DNA of 52,712 bases. Source: a virus. Taxonomy: Duplodnaviria; Caudoviricetes. Position numbers and translations under genes: made by a program. The stretch is from the IMG/VR virus record IMGVR_UViG_3300010361_000015, positions 1-52,712 of that record. One strand, 5' to 3'. Below, piece by piece: positions 36,301 through 46,419 of the stretch. The notes below the pieces were generated by a model. It did no database searches. It had not been told where the DNA came from and was given only the letters and a program-made list of their open reading frames with translations. The first letter of the stretch is position 1; each line of letters opens with the position of its first letter.

Positions 36301-37174
36301 TTATGCTGCCTACGACTTTGCTAATCGAGTTATAAAAAATGGAGAGATTTCCCCGTCTGCTGCTCAAGCATGGCTTACGCAGCATGATCAAGCGTTATCT
36401 ACTATTCCTGGTCTAAAAGATCGATTTGCTGATGCGGCTTCTGCCAAGCAAACATTCGAGGACGTAATTAGCCAACATCAGGATCAGCGAGATATTTTTA
36501 CCAAAAGTGTGGCCGGTGCATTTTTAGGTGATGATCCACAGAAAGCCATAAGCCGTGTGTTTACTGGTCCAACTCGTACTCAGAACGCAACTATACTTAT
36601 GAAATTAACTGACGCTTATCAGCCAGCCCAAGAAGGAGTTCAGCGTGCTGCCATCGACTATATAAGACGTAACTTTACGGGCGCAAATGCAGGAATGAAA
36701 TTTGGAAATTTTGTGCGGGACAACAAAGATGTATTGAATATATTGTTTCCAAATAGAAATCAACTGTTTGACGCCATTGCTAATGATGCGGAACAAGGAA
36801 ATTTGCTACAGCATGCCAAATCTCTTGGAGATAGAGCTTCGTCTTCGAGGTTGTCGCCATGGCTGGTTGCATTCCTAAGTGAGCGCGCCGCTGAATACGC
36901 GCCGCATCTTTTGGGACACATTCCTCTTCCAGGAATGGAATTCATCGCTGGCGTTGCCGGATATGCCGGGACTAAAGCAATTCAGGCGGGGCGTGAAAAG
37001 ATCGCGGTTCGAGCTGATCAAATTTTTGATCAAATGTTGCTGGATCCTCAAGCGATGAAGGATGGTCTCCAGGCATACGATGCCCTAATCAAGGGGAAGC
37101 CTCCGATTGTCATGAATCGATTCATCGGACGTTTGGCCGGGCAGGCTATCGCAAACTCTCAAGCTGGGCCTTAG
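33380..37174 (+). CDS. Large internal virion/ejection protein with a Cys-rich N-terminal domain
   Basis: 1264 aa, Ala-rich helical body; N-terminal paired CxxC...C...C motifs. Confidence 0.65.
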   Translation: MTNDKSKSRVTRDAFLYMDPQGDPEKFAQCESCRFFMPGAEKCAPMNGQHVLAGWSCGNYGYGTPTDSQSITKSWTAEEAGLVKYHVRCQNCRFRSGRDWCSFFDDRNKEAPQVFDCDPNINFYGCCNAMKPPLIEHKADGGAIQLQSGGEAMSPPPTRFEEALSDLGVGSKTGPDVAPGPTRFDDALSDLGGFSKGTPSATPSPAPSPAPSPESTGPSAGEIAGSAAVTAGARILGSPVDLGVGFANAVADQVRGLPDLVGSLVGAKTPEEYLKAQREILEHPAINPANVPGGSAWLEHKAAEAGLPTVSTVHPQTTLGRIGQRALETGLAFAGPGAISKIPRLEAAQALMPGSVPANLAIGAGVGAAGEIAGETIGERYRPLAETLTGAAGAGTAGLLESGLRTLPTAARREATAQEAAIRRLGESQSDPDVVAAQLRQQLVSDAGPADTQAYFRHLLDRSDHLADLDTKNARDQLVRAQAGAMPAMTPETQGTLAQQAVEETRLPALRQMMQDHQQASQELQDAMQDFGGEEALGSPEEKAGALGSYGAQMREPLQAIYDSERKRLTQLRNAIDPEGTMGINPAAISDAVSAIRKDFSPDTFGGMENKFYNRVDGWGDLIPIEDAFRLRADINSRLRNVSDQAPQETRRLLTLKTGIDKSIDDAINGVASSEQQATAPLPAGGVSLAQRLAAIGIPELGPSFAADVARAYTDSPAAFAAAKRDPLGRGILETTDAGNVGLREATISDARGASGAPPGGSTDTPGGEIGSQELAPLTPEARQQFRDWNQQYAEMGRTFRGETPGQLHAVGKILQKGGAYDSYKLRDDEVPWVIAGKTAPPEAVDRFLAAAPPEAHASLDDAFAFSLRRAAQNPDGTLNIKAYQKWLNDNQDKLIRRPDLLNRFNTAAAAQERLNSINDALAAHQAAYPLNPGWGNAGILRQFWKAGPQGRVSMQKYLDITGGRPEALQAATDYAAYDFANRVIKNGEISPSAAQAWLTQHDQALSTIPGLKDRFADAASAKQTFEDVISQHQDQRDIFTKSVAGAFLGDDPQKAISRVFTGPTRTQNATILMKLTDAYQPAQEGVQRAAIDYIRRNFTGANAGMKFGNFVRDNKDVLNILFPNRNQLFDAIANDAEQGNLLQHAKSLGDRASSSRLSPWLVAFLSERAAEYAPHLLGHIPLPGMEFIAGVAGYAGTKAIQAGREKIAVRADQIFDQMLLDPQAMKDGLQAYDALIKGKPPIVMNRFIGRLAGQAIANSQAGP

Positions 37175-37275
37175 CCCTAATCGGCTTAAAATCTAAACGG
37201 TCCTAAGCGGGCTTGAATTTCACACTATCCGTAGTGTAAAACCATCCTCAGCCTCAACGGTTGGGGGATGCGCTG

Positions 37276-37626
37276 ATGCATCGTCGGCTTGGGATTGTTC
37301 TGTGGTTGGTGGTTCTGTTCCCTGTCGTGCTGGGCTCCTCCGGGGCTTATGCCGCTCCTAAGCAATCCTGTTCGCCCAACCCAAACTTGAACGCGCCGCC
37401 CTTCGTCGATAACTGCCCGGTGCCGGCATCGACGCTTAACCGTCTCTTTCAGGGAGCTTACGGTGGATTGACACCGGGCGTTTTCCCATGTGCCACCGTG
37501 ACGGTGAATTCTGCCGGATATCTTCAAATCATTCAGACGGGAACCTGTGGCGGCGGCGGCGGCGGGATGCTCCTTACCGGCGGAGGAAATATCCTCACGG
37601 GAAGCAGCAACCTTCTTACTCAATAA
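37276..37626 (+). CDS. Small exported fibre-related protein
   Basis: Signal peptide ending AYA; ATVTVNSAG fibre motif; terminal LLTGGGNILTG. Confidence 0.55.
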   Translation: MHRRLGIVLWLVVLFPVVLGSSGAYAAPKQSCSPNPNLNAPPFVDNCPVPASTLNRLFQGAYGGLTPGVFPCATVTVNSAGYLQIIQTGTCGGGGGGMLLTGGGNILTGSSNLLTQ

Positions 37627-37628
37627 CC

Positions 37629-37865
37629 ATGATCCCGAAATGGTTTCTTGTCATGTTTCTATCTACGGCGCTCCCGGGACAAACAGATCCATGGTCTTCG
37701 GCTATAGTCATGCGTAAGAGTTTTGACAGCCTTCAGTCATGCATTACGGAAGCAACAACAAATCGCATCGTTAGTTTTAGTACCGCAGGGAATCTAGATC
37801 AGAATGCTGTTCCTGGCGTGATCTGTGTGCGCGGGTTCATCAAAACCAGGAGTGCCATCAAGTGA
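37629..37865 (+). CDS. Small exported protein
   Basis: MIPKWFLVMFL; F.SLQSC...CV motif. Confidence 0.5.
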   Translation: MIPKWFLVMFLSTALPGQTDPWSSAIVMRKSFDSLQSCITEATTNRIVSFSTAGNLDQNAVPGVICVRGFIKTRSAIK

Positions 37866-40408
37866 GACGCTTTCTCTTTGCTCTTCCGCTGTTGCTGGTT
37901 TCTAGCTTAGCATATGCACAAACTTGCCCTACCGGAAGTACCTGTAATGCGCTGGAGTCTTATATATATGGGGCCGGCGCTGCGGGAGGGCCTTACGGAA
38001 GCGGCTTGCGCATTCCTGTAGCTCCGAGCGGAAGCGCTTCGTCTCTGCAATATGCACCGGCAAATTCGTGGCTACAAGTTTCGAACAACCTATCTGATCT
38101 TTTGAACGCCGCATCGGCCCGGACCAACTTAGGATTAGGGCCGTTCGCGACGCTATCATTCCCCGGAGCGGCGAATTTGCTCGGTAGCAACGGATCGGCT
38201 TTTACCTCTGTTGCGGTCGGAACGGGGCTATCGCTCTCTGCGGGTACACTCTCCGCGACAGGGGGGGGTGGTGGCACGCCGGGTGGTTCGAATACGCAAT
38301 TTCAGTTCAACAACAGCGGGGCTTTTGGCGGTTCAACGGCGCTTACAAACCAAACCGGATATGTGGGTCTTGACTATAACACGACGGCGATCACGTCCTT
38401 CCCCGCCGCCCCAGGGGGTACGGTGCTGCGCGTCGGCGGAGTTGATGCCACTGCGGCACGTATAGTTGTCGACTCATTCGGCACGAATTCATCTCATTTC
38501 ACCGGAGAATGTGCCCGAGGGACAGCCGCTGCGCCCACCGCTATCCAAGCGAACGACCTTTGCTCGAACTTCGTATCGAGCATGTATAACGGTGCTGCGT
38601 ATATCAATGGTGGCGGCGCATTTGGCGTCTTTGCATCGGAAAATCAATCTTCGGGACATGCCGGTACTTATGCTCAGATAAACACCACGCCGACCGGCTC
38701 GGCTACTCCGGCCGCTGTCATTAGGTTTGAGAATGACGGTGGTGTCACCGTGCCGTCGACCGTTACCGGAGGCGACAAGGGCGCGGGCACAATCAACGCA
38801 GTTGGGCTCTACGTCAATGGCGTTGCGGTAGGAGCCGGTGGCGGAGGGAATGTCACAGCGGGCGGAACCTTGACGAACAATCAGTTCGTTAAAGGAGCTG
38901 GGACTACTAATGTCGCCGTCTCATCAGCGTTGAGCGATCAAACTGGGTATGTAGGACTCGATTACAACACAACGGCGATCACCTCTTTCCCCGCAGCCCC
39001 CGGGGGTACGGTACTCCGTGTTGGGGGGGTGGACGCCACGGCGGCGCGCATAACCATCGACTCCTTCGGAACAAACTCGTCGCACTTCACTGGTGAGTGT
39101 GCCCGCGGCACTGGTGCCGCCCCTACCGCTATACAGGTGAACGATCTATGCTCAAACTTTGTATCGAGCATGTATAACGGCACATCCTACGTAAATGGAG
39201 GTGGGGCGTTTGGGGTGTTCGCATCCGAAAATCAGTCTGTTGGGCATGCGGGGACTTATGCTCAGATAAACACCACCCCAACAGGATCAACTACGCCGGC
39301 CGCCAGAATTAGATTTGAAAATGACGGTGGTATAACGGTACCGAACACAGTCACTGGCGGTGATAAAGGGGCGGGAACAATCAACGCTACGGGCTTGTAT
39401 GTCGGCGGCGTGGCTGTTGCAACTAGTGCAGGGACCGTCTCACAGTGGACCGGTACAGTAGCCGGAACGAATACTTATACATCGACGACGGCGCAGGGTA
39501 GTTTTGCAAACACTGCAGCGAAGTATTATACATTCTGCGGCGCATTTGCCAATGCTAGCACAGGCGCATCGACTCTTAATCTTGATGGAGCCGGAGCGCT
39601 CCCAATACAAGTGCAAGCCAACGGCACGCTCCTGAATGCTGGCAATGGCGATATTCCTATCGGGAATAATTGTTTTCAATTAGATAGCAGCGCTACGCAC
39701 TTTGTTAAGACTACGCCAAATTTTGGCGATGTCTCACTCAACCCCAGTGCCTATACAGTCACCGCGGCGGATTTATCTTCGGGAAGATTGTTCACGTTTA
39801 ATACAGGAACGCCGACGCTAACGCTTCCGGCAGCAAGCACTATCTCACCTAATGCAGGGATTCTGATTGTTACGCGGGCGGCTGTACCTATCACGCTGGC
39901 GCCGAATCCGCTAGATGGTATCAATCAATATGCTATTAATACATCGGTGACAATTCCCGGTGGCACGCTCACGACTGTTACTCGAAGTGCCTCATCTGGA
40001 ACTGGAGCCTGGGACGTTCCGCTTGGGCCCGATGAACGACATGTAATATCATGGGCGGCCGGACAAAATCTCGGAAGCTGCGCTAGCCCGCCGTGCGGCA
40101 TCGTGTTGGTGCATTTCTCGAATCCTCGCACGGTGTCAGGGCTGCGCTGTGAGATACAGCTCGCGGTAGGAGCCACGGCGACGATCGATCTTGTCTTTGT
40201 GGCACAGGGCACATCCTTGGTCTCTTCACCAACTGTAATTAATACGACGGCATGCAATGCGAACCAAGCCGCGCCCAATACCCAGAATATGGGCGGGGCC
40301 GCGGTGACCAGCATCCCGGCAAATTCGATCGTTGGGTTGCGAGTCAACCAATCGTGGGGCAGCACTCCACTCGGCTCGGGGATGGTACAACTTACGGTGA
40401 CCCGATAA
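37862..40408 (+). CDS. Tail fibre with signal peptide and internal duplication
   Basis: MRRFLFALPLLLVSSLAYA; NNLSDL..AASARTNLGLG; PGGSNTQFQFNNSGAFGG; GGDKGAGTINA twice. Confidence 0.8.
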   Translation: MRRFLFALPLLLVSSLAYAQTCPTGSTCNALESYIYGAGAAGGPYGSGLRIPVAPSGSASSLQYAPANSWLQVSNNLSDLLNAASARTNLGLGPFATLSFPGAANLLGSNGSAFTSVAVGTGLSLSAGTLSATGGGGGTPGGSNTQFQFNNSGAFGGSTALTNQTGYVGLDYNTTAITSFPAAPGGTVLRVGGVDATAARIVVDSFGTNSSHFTGECARGTAAAPTAIQANDLCSNFVSSMYNGAAYINGGGAFGVFASENQSSGHAGTYAQINTTPTGSATPAAVIRFENDGGVTVPSTVTGGDKGAGTINAVGLYVNGVAVGAGGGGNVTAGGTLTNNQFVKGAGTTNVAVSSALSDQTGYVGLDYNTTAITSFPAAPGGTVLRVGGVDATAARITIDSFGTNSSHFTGECARGTGAAPTAIQVNDLCSNFVSSMYNGTSYVNGGGAFGVFASENQSVGHAGTYAQINTTPTGSTTPAARIRFENDGGITVPNTVTGGDKGAGTINATGLYVGGVAVATSAGTVSQWTGTVAGTNTYTSTTAQGSFANTAAKYYTFCGAFANASTGASTLNLDGAGALPIQVQANGTLLNAGNGDIPIGNNCFQLDSSATHFVKTTPNFGDVSLNPSAYTVTAADLSSGRLFTFNTGTPTLTLPAASTISPNAGILIVTRAAVPITLAPNPLDGINQYAINTSVTIPGGTLTTVTRSASSGTGAWDVPLGPDERHVISWAAGQNLGSCASPPCGIVLVHFSNPRTVSGLRCEIQLAVGATATIDLVFVAQGTSLVSSPTVINTTACNANQAAPNTQNMGGAAVTSIPANSIVGLRVNQSWGSTPLGSGMVQLTVTR
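38351..39418 (+). repeat. Intragenic duplication of about 160 codons, period 588 bp
   Basis: QTGYVGLDYNTTAITSF...GLYVxGVAV occurs twice (from 38351 and from 38939). Confidence 0.9.
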
Positions 40409-41151
40409 TGTTTCGTCTTCTATGGGTGGCGCGCATATGCGCGCTGCTGTGGATGTCTTCCGCTGCGAACGCCGGCTTCATAATGCTTCCTACAAGCAGC
40501 GGTGGGGGTGGTGGTGGGCCGACTGCTATACAAACTGTCATTTCTGCGTTACAGGCGTCACCTAATACTTCCGTCACGGTAACCCTCTCGGCTGTGGGTG
40601 CAGGACACACTATCGTCTGTGGCATCATCTGGCTCACCGACGCTACGGCTCTTTCATCGGTGACTGATGGCACGAATACGTACACCCGTGTTTTGGATCA
40701 AGGCTCAGGCTCGGGTTTCGCTCGCACTACGGTAGCCTATAGCGTCAGCGTTTCTGGTTCACCAACCGTTATAACGGCGAATTGGGGCAGCGCCGTTTCC
40801 GATTCCCAAATTGGGTGTACTGAAATCGCCACAGTAACAGCCCTAGATGGCACGGGCGCTGCGCAGATCCAAGTTAATCCCGGCACGTCGACGGATGCAG
40901 TAACCTCGGGAACGTTCACCGCGGCGACCGGCAGTGATTATTTGTGGGGCTTCTCCACGAATACGAATTCACCGGCCGCGTTAACTGGCGCCGGTACCGG
41001 CTTCACGCAGTTGGCGCAGGATTCCAATACAGCTAATTGGGGCTTTACCTTAGAAGGGAAAGTCTCCGGTTCCGGCTCGGTGGCCGCAACGTTTACTACC
41101 CCAGCGAGCAGTTCGCAACACTGGTATACATCGGCACTGGCATTCCATTGA
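40408..41151 (+). CDS. Exported beta-sandwich fibre-associated protein
   Basis: Start at 40408 (TAATG coupling); signal ending ANA. Confidence 0.65.
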   Translation: MFRLLWVARICALLWMSSAANAGFIMLPTSSGGGGGGPTAIQTVISALQASPNTSVTVTLSAVGAGHTIVCGIIWLTDATALSSVTDGTNTYTRVLDQGSGSGFARTTVAYSVSVSGSPTVITANWGSAVSDSQIGCTEIATVTALDGTGAAQIQVNPGTSTDAVTSGTFTAATGSDYLWGFSTNTNSPAALTGAGTGFTQLAQDSNTANWGFTLEGKVSGSGSVAATFTTPASSSQHWYTSALAFH

Positions 41152-42113
41152 TAACCCGCCGCAGTCTTATCCTTGCCGGTACGGCTGGCCTAATTCTCCC
41201 GCGCCCTATCTCCGCGCGTATACGAGGTTGGGGTAGTGGCGGCGTTCCAATACCTCCCGCGTGCACCCCTATCACTGATGTCAGTCAAATAACCGGCCCC
41301 GGCAATTATTGTCTAGCCGCTGATGTGCCAAACCTGACCATGAACGTGCCCAACGTCACGATCGATGGACAAGGGCATACGGTTACCGGATTTAGCCTGA
41401 TTAACTTTAATCAGACAACGCTGCCAAGTCAGACGGTGCTAAAAAATATGACGTTTGCCGGCTCGGTCACAATCGATCCGACCGGCTACGCGTCGTGCGT
41501 CTGTATAGCGGGCGATAACAGCTCGTCGAATGCAAATGGCCCCTCGTTCATCTTGCAGAATGTCACAGTGCAGCCGGTCTCGGTAACCGGGTTTGATACG
41601 AGCTGCCTAAGCATGATCGGTAACAATATACTCATAGATCACTGTACGATCACCGGGCAGATATTTGGCGGCCCAAATGGCACCGACGATCCGATTACGA
41701 TGTCAACGTATCCAGGGCTGCCGCCGGGTGCGGGAGGCATTTACGGCAGTAGCACAAATGCCGATTTATATTGGGTTACTATCCAAAACACGACCGCATC
41801 GAATGGATGGGACAGCGGAATGGAATGGCTGGCGCAGCATCTGCATAGCTGCTCCTTTTTAAGTAACACCATCAACAACATTACCGGCGGCAATTCGGAG
41901 GGGTTTTATAGCCAATACTCGGTATATCCAGCCGGCTTAACACAAGATCCGCAGCCGCCGATAAACTGCACGTGGACAAACAATGCTCTGCATGGCGTCA
42001 CAAACCACATGTATCGGTTTACCGGTGGCACGAGTTTTGCCGACAACGATACACAAGCGATAGCTAATTGGGGCTCTGGCGGCAACGTGTTCACCGGAAA
42101 CACCAGCACATGA
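41148..42113 (+). CDS. Right-handed beta-helix protein with Tat-like signal
   Basis: TTG start: MITRRSLIL; ITGPGNYCLAADV...VTIDGQGHTV. Confidence 0.65.
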   Translation: MITRRSLILAGTAGLILPRPISARIRGWGSGGVPIPPACTPITDVSQITGPGNYCLAADVPNLTMNVPNVTIDGQGHTVTGFSLINFNQTTLPSQTVLKNMTFAGSVTIDPTGYASCVCIAGDNSSSNANGPSFILQNVTVQPVSVTGFDTSCLSMIGNNILIDHCTITGQIFGGPNGTDDPITMSTYPGLPPGAGGIYGSSTNADLYWVTIQNTTASNGWDSGMEWLAQHLHSCSFLSNTINNITGGNSEGFYSQYSVYPAGLTQDPQPPINCTWTNNALHGVTNHMYRFTGGTSFADNDTQAIANWGSGGNVFTGNTST

Positions 42114-45100
42114 AACGGCGCACTCTGATTTTGAGTGCCGTTGCTACGGCAGTATCTGTACGACACGCGGACGCACTATTGCGCAGAGGTGGAGGCGGTG
42201 TTCCTGGGGGCACATCAATCATTGCCGTTAATCTGTCGAGCACATCTTTCTCGTCCGGTGTCGTAAATGCGACGGTCGGCACAATCTCGGTCACGATGTC
42301 ATCCGGGAGTTTTACGGGATCACTGTCGCTGTCGGGAACCGATGCCGCGAGCTTTCAAATAGTCGGATCAGTACTGGAGACGGTCGGCAGTCTATCTGCG
42401 GGCACCTACCACATCAATATCATCGCGACGCAAGGCGGCGCGGGCGGATCGCCGTTCACTGCGCCTGAGACTTTAACTGGTTCGCCTGGTGTGCAGAATT
42501 TTACCGGCAACCAGGTGCTGATTCCGTTTCAAAACGGTACAACCTCAGCAGTTGTCGGCGGGCAGTTAAATCAAACTCCAATTTTTGGTTTGCTCGCTCC
42601 GACCTCGCCGAGTGCCACGATCACCCTAGATGCAAATTGGCAATCGAACGTCACAGATGGGATCGCGCCTAATCATCTGCTCGGCTATTGGATGATCGAC
42701 GGCATCCAGATAGGCGCAGTGATCAATACCGGGTCTGGCTCGGACATTCATCTGACGTTTAACTCGCAGACGGTTAGCTGGAATGGTGGCACTGGCATTC
42801 CGGACGGGCCGCATGTCGCTACGTTTAAGGCCATCGATTCGGCTGATACGAACGGCTGGCTCGCTGCCCAATTGACGTGCGTACCACTGCGGTTCATTCT
42901 GGCGAATAGTGGTTTCAACAATGGCGCGCAGTTGGTCCCTGTATGCAGCTTGGGCGGTAATTATCGACCCTATCCACCGGAGGATAGCCCAGGTACGCTC
43001 GTCGATTTCGTCTCCTATTCGGGAACGCCGCCATCAAATACGGCGCGGCCATACAAGTGGCAGTTCATCCCGCCCGCCTATGATACGGCAAGCCCGTGGC
43101 ATGCGACGCCCGCCAACTTGCGTATTCAATCAAACTGGTATCCCGAGGCCAGCAGCGTATTTCCACATTGGATTGAATATACACAGTTGGCGCGGTTGGG
43201 CACGACACCCTCTGGTGGTGTCATGATGCAAGGCTCTGCTAATCAGGAGCCCGGAACCTCAGTTGAACAGCAATATCCTGAAGTGCTGAGCCGATGGCAG
43301 TCCGATGGCGGTCGCCTCGCCGCCTTTGTCGATGCCATCTCGACGTTGATGGAGGCACCGACTCTGTGGTCCGGGGTCGGGCACATCACTGGCAACACGT
43401 TCACCGTGGAGTCAACGACATCGGGTGCGCTTGCGAGCGGGCAGGTGCTCGTCGGCTTAGGAGTCATCAATAATACGCCGATTGCAAGCGGCGGCCCGAC
43501 CACCTGGACAACTAGCGGGCCGTCGCAAACGGTGCCGAGCGGGACGCTCATGCACGCCTGGGAGGCAGGCGGTCCGTATTGGACAGGGATAGATCTCGCC
43601 GGCCGCATCTTCAAGCAAGCGCTCGATGGCACGGTGACGACAATTGCCGGAAATCAGCCGCGCTCTGATCGGCTGTTTTTCAACCAGTGGGATTCTGCGA
43701 TCACAGAGAACCAGTACAATACGCAACAAAAAAATATCATCGGGAATATCGTTTCTCCGACCTTTGGCGACTTCAACGGGCTGAATGATCTCTGCTACGA
43801 TCCGCGTAATCGCAATATCATCTACGTCGTCAAAGCTCTCGATCATTTCATCATCAAGATCGATCTCTCAACAAGCCCGCCGACGTGCTCGCGTTATGCG
43901 GGGCAGGATGGAACGGCGGGATATAATGAAGGGGCGGCGACATCAGTAGCAACCTTCCGGCGGCCCTATTCGATCGTCATGGCCGATCGCACGATGCCCA
44001 ATGGGGATCTGACCGGCACGATGTATGTGGCCGACAAGGGCAACTCGGCGATCCGGAGGATCAATCCTGCCGGAACGACTGTAGACACCTTGTGCGGAGG
44101 CACGGCTGGCCCGGCAAATCCGCCGAGCGACACGAACTCTGGCGAAACTACGATGGGGGCTACGACCACAGTTAATTGCACACTCACGTTTTCTTCTTAT
44201 GACAGCGGAATAGGCGCGTCGGTCGTCACTGTAGCAGCAAGCTCCGCGACCGACGTTGGCGCCGCGCCGGCAACCACGGGTGTCGGGTTTTCGGTCACGA
44301 TCGCGGGTGTCACCGGCAACACCGGCGCTGATGGTCCCGGTGTGCTGAACGGGAGCTTTTTTGTCCGCACATGGTCGAGCACGACATCATTTACGATTAA
44401 TGTCCCGTCTACCAACGGTGGTGTCGGTACGATTTCTGGTTCGCCAATTACAATTACATCTAACAAGTTTGAGCGATGGTCTCTACCAGCACAGCAGAGC
44501 GCGGTTGGATTTGCAACTGCCGCCACGGTCTTTCCGCAAGCAATCAGGTTTACCTCCGACAGACAGCTCATCCTGCTTGAAGATCATACCGGGCCGCGGG
44601 TTCGGGAGATTTGCTTAGGCACGACCACGGCAGCGACGGCACTCGGCGAAACCCCAAGCACTATCCGTACGATTAGGGCCTTTCGTGATAGTGCAAACAC
44701 TACTGGCGGCAACATCCCCGCCGATCCTTATTATGCGAACGGAGGAAATGGTCCGGTCTATGTTGGCGATGTCTGGGCGTGGATGCTAGTTGATGACGCT
44801 GGTGGAGTGTTAGGGCGCACGATTGGCGCCTGTGGCGTCTTAGACGATATCCGGTTTCTTTCGCAGAATGGGCCGGGTAGTGCCGAGGCTGCGTGGATGT
44901 GCTCGCGCGATGGGGTCTATGTCGGCCCCGCTCCGGTTGATTATGACACGTCTGTTTGGGATAGCCGCCCCGGTAAGGGCGGTCATTACCCGTGGATACA
45001 GGGCGGGCCGTCGATCACGCAGGCGCGCTTTACCACGGGCGGCATGGCTGATAACGGTGTTTACTCACAGCGCCCGGTATTGCCGACTGATCCGAATGTT

Positions 45101-46417
45101 CAGGTGCTCGAACCAGGCCGTCTCGACAACGTGATCTTTGAACTTTGCGGATTGCCTCACTATCAGCAGGGGACGCCTCTTGGTTTTCCAAATGGAGTGC
45201 GTCCTGGGCTACAATCGGTGCACGGCCCGCAGGCTATTTCACTCGTTGGTGTCCCCAACGCCGAAGATCTGATGGATATGTTCCCGAGCACCACACCAGG
45301 CGATGCCGGAGACGTTGCCCTCGGTCGCTATATTCAAGCCGGTATGGGGGGCAGAACGCCGCGAGGCGAGTTCAACGGCAACGATTTGCGGGACATAATT
45401 TACTGGTTGAGGCGACAAACCCTTGCGGGTTCGGGCGGTTATCCGCCAAGCTTTGCGGCGCCAATCGAGCCAGGGCCGTGGAATACTGATTATACTCCAC
45501 CAGTCGTGAGTGCTGTCTCTGCTACACGTCTAAGCAACACCTCGATACAAGTTGCGTGGCAAACTGACAAGATCAGCTTTGGCATCGCTGTAGGGGGTAG
45601 TCCTAATTCACAAGCGCCCGCGACTGATTTCTATGGGCTTAGTAACCGCTACCCGTGCGCCTCGCCGATGGGGGGGAATCCGGCGGCAATCACTTCAATC
45701 ACCTGGGCAACAGGTACAGCAACAATCGTGACTGCAGCGTGGGCAAGCGACGGGACAGCAACACCTCCGACAGCCAATGGTGATATCGTTAATATCGCAG
45801 GGGTAGCGAATAGCAGCAGCGCGGGAAATGCTGCAGTGAATGGAAACTTCACGATCACATCATTCACAGACAATCGACATTTTCAAGTAGCGATGCCTGG
45901 GACCGGAATCGCATCGGGCAGCGGGATTGATGCTGGCCCGATGTCGGCACAGAGCGGACGCACCATGCAAATCGCTGGTGTTTATACAACGCTGCACAGC
46001 GCCGTTATTACCAATCTGCCGGACGTCACGCTCGCCGGTCGCTCGCCGACGCACTTCAACATCATCTGTAAGAGCGCGGCAGGCGGGTGGTATCCGATCC
46101 TGTTAAGCTCGGCAGTATGGACGAATACAGCTGGCGGTCAACTTACGGTAGTTCTGGATTTGTTTGAAGCGCCCCCCTCGCCATCGGTCGGAACCCCTGT
46201 GCAACTGATTAATTGCACAAACACAGGCTCGGGCGGGGATCAAGCTGTTAACGGAACGTTTACTATATACAGTGTTGGGGGTGGCGGCTTTACGTGGGTG
46301 GTCAATATGCCGGCAGGGCCAGGAGTGATCGGAACCGTCGGCGATCTCGGCCCGCTGAATCGCCGCACGGTGTGTCTCAGCGGCTTTTCCTACATCGTAG
46401 ATCAGACCATTGTGTAG
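42110..46417 (+). CDS. Large multidomain adhesin/spike-like protein (cadherin-like, NHL-like, FN3-like) with Tat-like signal
   Basis: MKRRTLIL; SLSGTDAASFQI; AGYNEG..ATFRRPYSI..MYVADKGNSAIRRI; PPVVSAVSAT..IQVAWQTD. Confidence 0.7.
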   Translation: MKRRTLILSAVATAVSVRHADALLRRGGGGVPGGTSIIAVNLSSTSFSSGVVNATVGTISVTMSSGSFTGSLSLSGTDAASFQIVGSVLETVGSLSAGTYHINIIATQGGAGGSPFTAPETLTGSPGVQNFTGNQVLIPFQNGTTSAVVGGQLNQTPIFGLLAPTSPSATITLDANWQSNVTDGIAPNHLLGYWMIDGIQIGAVINTGSGSDIHLTFNSQTVSWNGGTGIPDGPHVATFKAIDSADTNGWLAAQLTCVPLRFILANSGFNNGAQLVPVCSLGGNYRPYPPEDSPGTLVDFVSYSGTPPSNTARPYKWQFIPPAYDTASPWHATPANLRIQSNWYPEASSVFPHWIEYTQLARLGTTPSGGVMMQGSANQEPGTSVEQQYPEVLSRWQSDGGRLAAFVDAISTLMEAPTLWSGVGHITGNTFTVESTTSGALASGQVLVGLGVINNTPIASGGPTTWTTSGPSQTVPSGTLMHAWEAGGPYWTGIDLAGRIFKQALDGTVTTIAGNQPRSDRLFFNQWDSAITENQYNTQQKNIIGNIVSPTFGDFNGLNDLCYDPRNRNIIYVVKALDHFIIKIDLSTSPPTCSRYAGQDGTAGYNEGAATSVATFRRPYSIVMADRTMPNGDLTGTMYVADKGNSAIRRINPAGTTVDTLCGGTAGPANPPSDTNSGETTMGATTTVNCTLTFSSYDSGIGASVVTVAASSATDVGAAPATTGVGFSVTIAGVTGNTGADGPGVLNGSFFVRTWSSTTSFTINVPSTNGGVGTISGSPITITSNKFERWSLPAQQSAVGFATAATVFPQAIRFTSDRQLILLEDHTGPRVREICLGTTTAATALGETPSTIRTIRAFRDSANTTGGNIPADPYYANGGNGPVYVGDVWAWMLVDDAGGVLGRTIGACGVLDDIRFLSQNGPGSAEAAWMCSRDGVYVGPAPVDYDTSVWDSRPGKGGHYPWIQGGPSITQARFTTGGMADNGVYSQRPVLPTDPNVQVLEPGRLDNVIFELCGLPHYQQGTPLGFPNGVRPGLQSVHGPQAISLVGVPNAEDLMDMFPSTTPGDAGDVALGRYIQAGMGGRTPRGEFNGNDLRDIIYWLRRQTLAGSGGYPPSFAAPIEPGPWNTDYTPPVVSAVSATRLSNTSIQVAWQTDKISFGIAVGGSPNSQAPATDFYGLSNRYPCASPMGGNPAAITSITWATGTATIVTAAWASDGTATPPTANGDIVNIAGVANSSSAGNAAVNGNFTITSFTDNRHFQVAMPGTGIASGSGIDAGPMSAQSGRTMQIAGVYTTLHSAVITNLPDVTLAGRSPTHFNIICKSAAGGWYPILLSSAVWTNTAGGQLTVVLDLFEAPPSPSVGTPVQLINCTNTGSGGDQAVNGTFTIYSVGGGGFTWVVNMPAGPGVIGTVGDLGPLNRRTVCLSGFSYIVDQTIV

Positions 46418-46419
46418 AT

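Noticed and set aside
38351-39418. DGR template/variable repeat pair
   Set aside because: Differences are synonymous and not adenine-specific; no reverse transcriptase in the window
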